Positions 59,448 to 64,000 of a DNA stretch of 64,000 nucleotides are shown piece after piece. Made by a program: the position numbers and the translations under genes. The stretch lies in NCBI GenBank assembly GCA_011939005.1, contig GCA_011939005.1_4858.1. One strand, written 5' to 3'. This DNA is from a phage. Numbering within the stretch: position 1 is the first letter of the stretch; every line of letters begins with the position of its first letter. Under the pieces are notes generated by a model. It ran no database searches. It was not told where the DNA came from and saw only the letters and a program-made list of their open reading frames with translations.

Positions 59448-60962
59448 TTACACCTCTTCTTCTCGCAGTATGCGACGGTTTGCGTAATACGCACACCACA
59501 ACCCATGATACTCTTTACCGATATAGATTAAGAAGTAACGGATGTAGTATTTTTCAGGACGACACACCGCGATGTAATAACGGCCTTCCGGTTCTTTAAT
59601 ACGGTTGATTTCCGTACGCGATGGAATATCGATACCGCGAGTCAAAATAACCGAGACAGGTCGTTTACCCATCGGAAAGTCGATCTTTAACGTTATTGAC
59701 TTATCGACGCTACGGTAGTATTCCTTGACAGGTTTACCTTTGTCGTCGAATAGCAAGTCGGTAATGTCGTTTAAGACATAACCCTTTTCCTGATGCAGAA
59801 CATCTCTCAACGTTGTAGCGAGTTCGTCACGAATATCCAGCGCACGGTACGACAATAAGGGCGGGCGAAGCATTCTGGAGATGGCCAGGTCTTCAAAGAA
59901 CCAGACATTAGAATCCTCCCCACTGAAATGCATCTTGTCTGCCGGCAATCCGTCGCCTGCCACATCAACGAATTTCTTACGCTTAACGAACTCATTGTTA
60001 ACAACGCCAATTGGATCATACTGCCGCATCTTCGGTGTATCTTTCCATGCCAGGGCGGCGTGGTTGTTTACAATCGTGTAGATGTTATCCCACGGTTGTT
60101 TAGTGAACATTACGGAAAAGTGTGCATCGGGAATCATTTTCCCAATAAACACCAAGTCGTCCTTGTTCTTTGCATGGTTGCCACCAAACATGTAATAGAA
60201 AGTTTCATCTTTCACTTTTACAGTAGGATGGTCTTCGTTCACCAACGGATAGCAATATTTAACCGTACAAATCGGCGGATATGCCGCAAGGTTCATCCCA
60301 GCGGCGATGGGCTCGGGTTCCGCGGATGCAGGCAACTCATCCTTCGACCAGTACGGCTGATATGGAACACCGTCGTTGGTCGCGGTGATAGCTGAACCTT
60401 TTCTAGCCAATTCGTCCGCCCGGTCGTTACCGTAGTGGCCGGAGTGTCCTTTGATTTTGATAACCTTAACACCCCGTCCTTCTTTTTTCATCTGCTGTTT
60501 GATTTCCCAGATACGAACAATAAGTTCTTTGTTCGCCAGCGGAGTACCATCAGCACGAACCCAACCACGTTTATGCCAGCCGTCTATCCACTCGTTAAAA
60601 GTGTTTACAACGTAACTGGCATCCACGTAGATGATATAGTTCTTCGCACGGAATGGCGCATTCTCAAACAACGTGATGAAGGCGATTAACTCGCCCACAT
60701 CTGAGTAGAACTCTTTCGGAACGGGAATAACGGCGTCGACAAATTGAACGGTGTCCGGCAACTCCGGACACTTCACATCCTGCGGCACTTTTTTGTATCC
60801 AACAGTGGTAATCCGTTCTGAAACACCCGGATGGCTATAAGCCTGACTGTCTTCCAAATCTCCGTTGTTGAATAAATAACCATGAATACCAGCCCCCGAA
60901 CCTTTCGGGGACTCAGTATGACTACCATCGGTATAAATAACCGCTACGTCGACGTCTTTCAT
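59448..60962 (-). CDS. RNase HI-domain protein with about 300-aa C-terminal extension of unknown function
   Basis: N-terminal domain matches E. coli RNase HI at all five catalytic positions: VAVIYTDGS (D10), GELIAF (E48), YVDASY (D70), KGHSGH (H124), NDRADELA (D134). Confidence 0.85.
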   Translation of the reverse strand: MKDVDVAVIYTDGSHTESPKGSGAGIHGYLFNNGDLEDSQAYSHPGVSERITTVGYKKVPQDVKCPELPDTVQFVDAVIPVPKEFYSDVGELIAFITLFENAPFRAKNYIIYVDASYVVNTFNEWIDGWHKRGWVRADGTPLANKELIVRIWEIKQQMKKEGRGVKVIKIKGHSGHYGNDRADELARKGSAITATNDGVPYQPYWSKDELPASAEPEPIAAGMNLAAYPPICTVKYCYPLVNEDHPTVKVKDETFYYMFGGNHAKNKDDLVFIGKMIPDAHFSVMFTKQPWDNIYTIVNNHAALAWKDTPKMRQYDPIGVVNNEFVKRKKFVDVAGDGLPADKMHFSGEDSNVWFFEDLAISRMLRPPLLSYRALDIRDELATTLRDVLHQEKGYVLNDITDLLFDDKGKPVKEYYRSVDKSITLKIDFPMGKRPVSVILTRGIDIPSRTEINRIKEPEGRYYIAVCRPEKYYIRYFLIYIGKEYHGLWCAYYANRRILREEEV

Positions 60963-61681
60963 TATTCTCCTCGCAACTGCGGTGGAATGTATTCACCTGT
61001 GCACATTTCGCGGTGAGCTTCTAACATGCGTTCGAAGCCGTACGTACGCGCGACCAGGGCCAAATGATAGATGCGTGCCGTAGAATACGCTTCCTTCGCA
61101 GCATCAAAGTTAGCGTTATGCTCGTACGCTTCTTTGCCGCGGGTCCAATGGTGCGCTTCTGCGTGCCAGTTCGGTTCCAGGCCAAACGCATATGCAATAC
61201 GTTCTGCAGTCCGGTCAGAGTCCAATATAGAAAACTTGCGGTACTTGCCCGGCGGGATATCGCACTGCGCGAATGCGTTCATCAGAATTGGAGCATCGAA
61301 ATCGGGACCACGCATGGTGATAACCATTTTCACGTTGCCCAGATCATCCAACCATTTTTTGGCCGCCCACAGCGCTTCTGGCAGTGGAGTGGTCCCAGAA
61401 AACGCTTCAATACGTGCTTTCTCGCTCGGTGCGTATTCGGGGTCGCCTTTACCTTCCCAATAACCGACCGTTTGTGGATCGATGTAGAAGATTTCTTTTG
61501 CTTTTGCATCATTGGGGTCGATTTTGTGGTAACATGAACCGATCATTTTCATTGTCGGAACATCGAATGCCACGTTTGCCAACGTTAAGATGTAGGCATC
61601 TGGACGTAAAGCCAGGGTCTCTAAGTCCGTCCCAACAACAACGGTGGGCGTTAAAACAGGCAGAATTTTAGGATATGTCAT
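60962..61681 (-). CDS. DEDDh-family 3'-5' exonuclease
   Basis: Exo I GTDLET, Exo II PDFDAPIL, Exo III HNANFD in order. Confidence 0.6.
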   Translation of the reverse strand: MTYPKILPVLTPTVVVGTDLETLALRPDAYILTLANVAFDVPTMKMIGSCYHKIDPNDAKAKEIFYIDPQTVGYWEGKGDPEYAPSEKARIEAFSGTTPLPEALWAAKKWLDDLGNVKMVITMRGPDFDAPILMNAFAQCDIPPGKYRKFSILDSDRTAERIAYAFGLEPNWHAEAHHWTRGKEAYEHNANFDAAKEAYSTARIYHLALVARTYGFERMLEAHREMCTGEYIPPQLRGE

Positions 61682-61725
61682 TTCAACTCTCCACGAGATT
61701 ATATATCACACTATTGACTATTAAC

Positions 61726-61764
61726 GTAAAAAAGGAAATCCCCTCTTACCCGAAGGTAAGAGGG
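61726..61764 (-). terminator. Intrinsic terminator (hairpin 61741-61764, C(UUCG)G loop)
   Basis: 10-bp stem ccctcttacc/ggtaagaggg, loop cgaa on plus, A6 run 61728-61733. Confidence 0.7.
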
Positions 61765-61769
61765 AGTTT

Positions 61770-62249
61770 TCATTGCACAAGGCAACTACTTTTGTGCCGT
61801 TCGTAGGCACGATTAAAAGACTCTCTGTCTTCGCGATAGCCGCGAATGAGAGACTTAATCTGTCGTGACAAATCACGACTAATGTCTTGAGGGCTACGAG
61901 AACCAGGGTCGAGATATATCCCGGAGGGTATACCATGAAGAGTGGGGCGAATAAACTCTTCACAAAGCGGTGCGGTCATCGGGGTGTGCCACCCTTTAGC
62001 TTCTGCATAGTTGTTTACTGACTTAGCGTACAGATAAACGTAATAAGCATAAGCGTTCACATCCGCAACAAACATTTTCCCTGCCAGCTTTTTCGCCTCA
62101 GGACTGTTCCCACCGTTATATACTGGTGGGTGTTCTAAAGGACGAAAAGGCCAATCTCCGGTTGAGGAGTAATCTGGGTCTACGTGACGGATGACCCCAG
62201 GGCATCCTGTCAACAATAGCACCAGTATCGCCACCAAAAATAACTTCAT
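61770..62249 (-). CDS. Lipoprotein (o-spanin-like candidate)
   Basis: Signal peptide with lipobox MKLFLVAILVLLLTGC; directly downstream of a type-II membrane protein gene. Confidence 0.5.
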   Translation of the reverse strand: MKLFLVAILVLLLTGCPGVIRHVDPDYSSTGDWPFRPLEHPPVYNGGNSPEAKKLAGKMFVADVNAYAYYVYLYAKSVNNYAEAKGWHTPMTAPLCEEFIRPTLHGIPSGIYLDPGSRSPQDISRDLSRQIKSLIRGYREDRESFNRAYERHKSSCLVQ

Positions 62250-62258
62250 GTATGCTCC

Positions 62259-62768
62259 TCATGGATTATTAAGCGTCTTGATAATCTCCTGTCGGAAATC
62301 GTTTGCCGCCTGCGACCCCACTGGGCGAGAAGCCGCCTGGTGTTTCTTGGCAGGCGGGCTAGACGGATTTAACGGTGCCTGTGGTGTTACCGGCTTGAGT
62401 TCTTCAGGCGGAACCGCGGCCCCAGTGCCTGTCCCTGTTGGAGATTTGGTACCATCATATGGCGATCGAGAACCCAGGCATGTGAAGAGACGATCGTACA
62501 GCTTATTGTTCTCCACTTCGCCATGATCGGACTTCTCTTTTAGCTCCTTATAGGATATCTCCAGATACTGAGTACGCGATTGGACGCTAACCAGTGTGTG
62601 GTATTGAACAATATAGGCATATGAGACAAATGCAGAGAACGCGACCAGTGCCACTATCACTAGTGTCACTATCTTCCCGGCTCGTGTTACTTTCTCCCCC
62701 TCGCCCGGTTTAAATGCTTCCCACAGCATCTGTAAGAATGGAAGCAGTTTGAAAACTGATGCTATCAT
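62259..62768 (-). CDS. Membrane protein with single N-proximal TM helix and Pro-rich C-terminal region (i-spanin-like candidate); ATG at 62768
   Basis: TM segment IVTLVIVALVAFSAFVSYAYIV; SD gaggtg 4-5 nt before ATG 62768 (ORF track begins at GTG 62774). Confidence 0.45.
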   Translation of the reverse strand: MIASVFKLLPFLQMLWEAFKPGEGEKVTRAGKIVTLVIVALVAFSAFVSYAYIVQYHTLVSVQSRTQYLEISYKELKEKSDHGEVENNKLYDRLFTCLGSRSPYDGTKSPTGTGTGAAVPPEELKPVTPQAPLNPSSPPAKKHQAASRPVGSQAANDFRQEIIKTLNNP

Positions 62769-62792
62769 GCTCACCTCGGAGAGTTTTTAATT

Positions 62793-64000
62793 ATGTATGA
62801 TTTACAAGGCTTTATTCAAATAGCGGCTCTGATTGATAATGGCCCTGGCAACACCGCTCCGGTAGGTGAGTTGTCTGAGCTGTCATATTCGTTCGCTAAA
62901 AGCAAGCAGTATTTTACTAAAGAAAATCTGCAGGTGGAACTGGTTGCTTTTACTTCTAAACGTGACGAGTTGCCTATTAAGACCCCGGCCGTCTTTAGCG
63001 ACCACGTTCTTACTGTTTCCCAATGGATCTACCAACAGTCTATCCTGGGCAACTTAAGAAACGACGAAGTTGAATTCCAGCGTTTGCTGTTGGGGCAATT
63101 TAATAGTGTCATCAGCGGTGTTCAGTCTGGCGCGATGATTCAGACTAACAGTAACTGGTTCCCACGTTGGGTCAGTTGGAAACTTGAAACCACAGCAGAT
63201 AAAGTCGAAGACCCATCTGATGTGAATAACCAGATTATTCTCTGGTTTGCTGATGAAGATTTCAATCAGGACTATACCGGATTTGAAATTGAAGTCCAAA
63301 TGCCGATATTACCGGTTGATACTTTCTTGGCTGTGAAATCTGTAGTCGAAAAGGCAATGGAAGGGTTCAACCTTCCGGATCACCATAATAAGATTAACGA
63401 ATTAGCTGACGGTTATCCGTACACTAGCCTGATTACTAACATCTATACTTGGCACGACCAGGAAGACTTTGATTCCACCTTACCGATACCGATGTCGGTT
63501 ATCATCTACGGCCGCGCAGGTCGTAACCCGAGCAGGATTAAACAAGCGTTACGTGATTACATTTTGGCAAACTCCAGTTTTACTGTGGCGTTGGGTGTCA
63601 AGGTGTTCCCAGAAATCTTTACGACCACCAAGTTCACAATTGTTCCCGGTTGGTCAATTCGTGGGATTCCAAATGAGGAAGATGTTGCGGCATTATACTC
63701 GCCGATTCTCCCATATGATTTCTGGGTCAAAGCAATCTCCCGATTTGGGGAGTGGACTGTTCAAACCATTACGGAAAAAAATAGTGGAGCGATCTCGATT
63801 CCAACTACCGATGTAACGGATTTACCGTCCATCTATAAATCGTTGAACGCCGTGGTTATCGCTGGCCCTGAAAACGATTCACGCAAAACGACCCTGCATG
63901 ACACAATTCCTGACTACGCATTAATCGGCACTAATAATGCGGATATTGCGAGAATGTCGAAGAAAACCACCGAGTGGTTGGATCTGTTCTTCCAGGCGTT
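62793..64000 (+). CDS. Hypothetical protein, 3'-truncated at window end (at least 402 aa)
   Basis: Frame open from ATG 62793 to the end of the window (my own translation; absent from the ORF track because no stop is reached); SD ggagag. Confidence 0.6.
   Translation, partial: MYDLQGFIQIAALIDNGPGNTAPVGELSELSYSFAKSKQYFTKENLQVELVAFTSKRDELPIKTPAVFSDHVLTVSQWIYQQSILGNLRNDEVEFQRLLLGQFNSVISGVQSGAMIQTNSNWFPRWVSWKLETTADKVEDPSDVNNQIILWFADEDFNQDYTGFEIEVQMPILPVDTFLAVKSVVEKAMEGFNLPDHHNKINELADGYPYTSLITNIYTWHDQEDFDSTLPIPMSVIIYGRAGRNPSRIKQALRDYILANSSFTVALGVKVFPEIFTTTKFTIVPGWSIRGIPNEEDVAALYSPILPYDFWVKAISRFGEWTVQTITEKNSGAISIPTTDVTDLPSIYKSLNAVVIAGPENDSRKTTLHDTIPDYALIGTNNADIARMSKKTTEWLDLFFQA

Noticed and set aside
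1-64000. CRISPR array, integrase, transposase or IS element
   Set aside because: No regularly spaced direct repeats and no recombinase/transposase motifs recognised; the window shows no sign of a mobile element or prophage junction.

Overview
The window reads as a segment of a large virulent phage genome, jumbo-phage style (phiKZ/Chimalliviridae-like by gene content). The host is probably an enterobacterium, because the encoded ThyA is very close to E. coli ThyA as I recall it. Coding density is about 90%, with roughly 60 genes in alternating strand blocks. Recognisable genes: a terminase large subunit (T4 gp17-like Walker A and HDD nuclease motifs); a sheath/tube-like gene pair; an HD phosphohydrolase and a HAD 5'-nucleotidase-like protein; two subunits of a phage multisubunit RNA polymerase (a beta-prime N-terminal fragment ending just after a DYDGD catalytic motif, and a 1401-aa beta-like protein); a 2373-aa virion protein with a C-terminal lytic transglycosylase (SLT) domain; thymidylate synthase with two in-frame insertions; an RNase HI fusion protein; a DEDDh exonuclease; a UvsX/RecA-like ATPase candidate; and a lipoprotein/TM-protein pair. 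I recognised no tRNA, rRNA, CRISPR array, integrase or transposase. The most unusual region is the first 1.7 kb: it has no convincing ORF, is dense in stem-loops, and contains a ~107-bp, ~94% A+T palindromic core flanked by alternating CG/CA tracts with 9 GATC sites in 244 bp. I read that as a candidate replication origin or other cis-acting element; this is the best candidate for something undescribed, but it is a hypothesis, not a demonstrated system. Intrinsic terminators form a family of GC stems, most closed by C(UUCG)G tetraloops, several sitting directly against the next gene's Shine-Dalgarno (SD). All functional calls are motif recognition by eye against sequences recalled from memory; no database search or computation was run. 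Most remaining ORFs are hypothetical.
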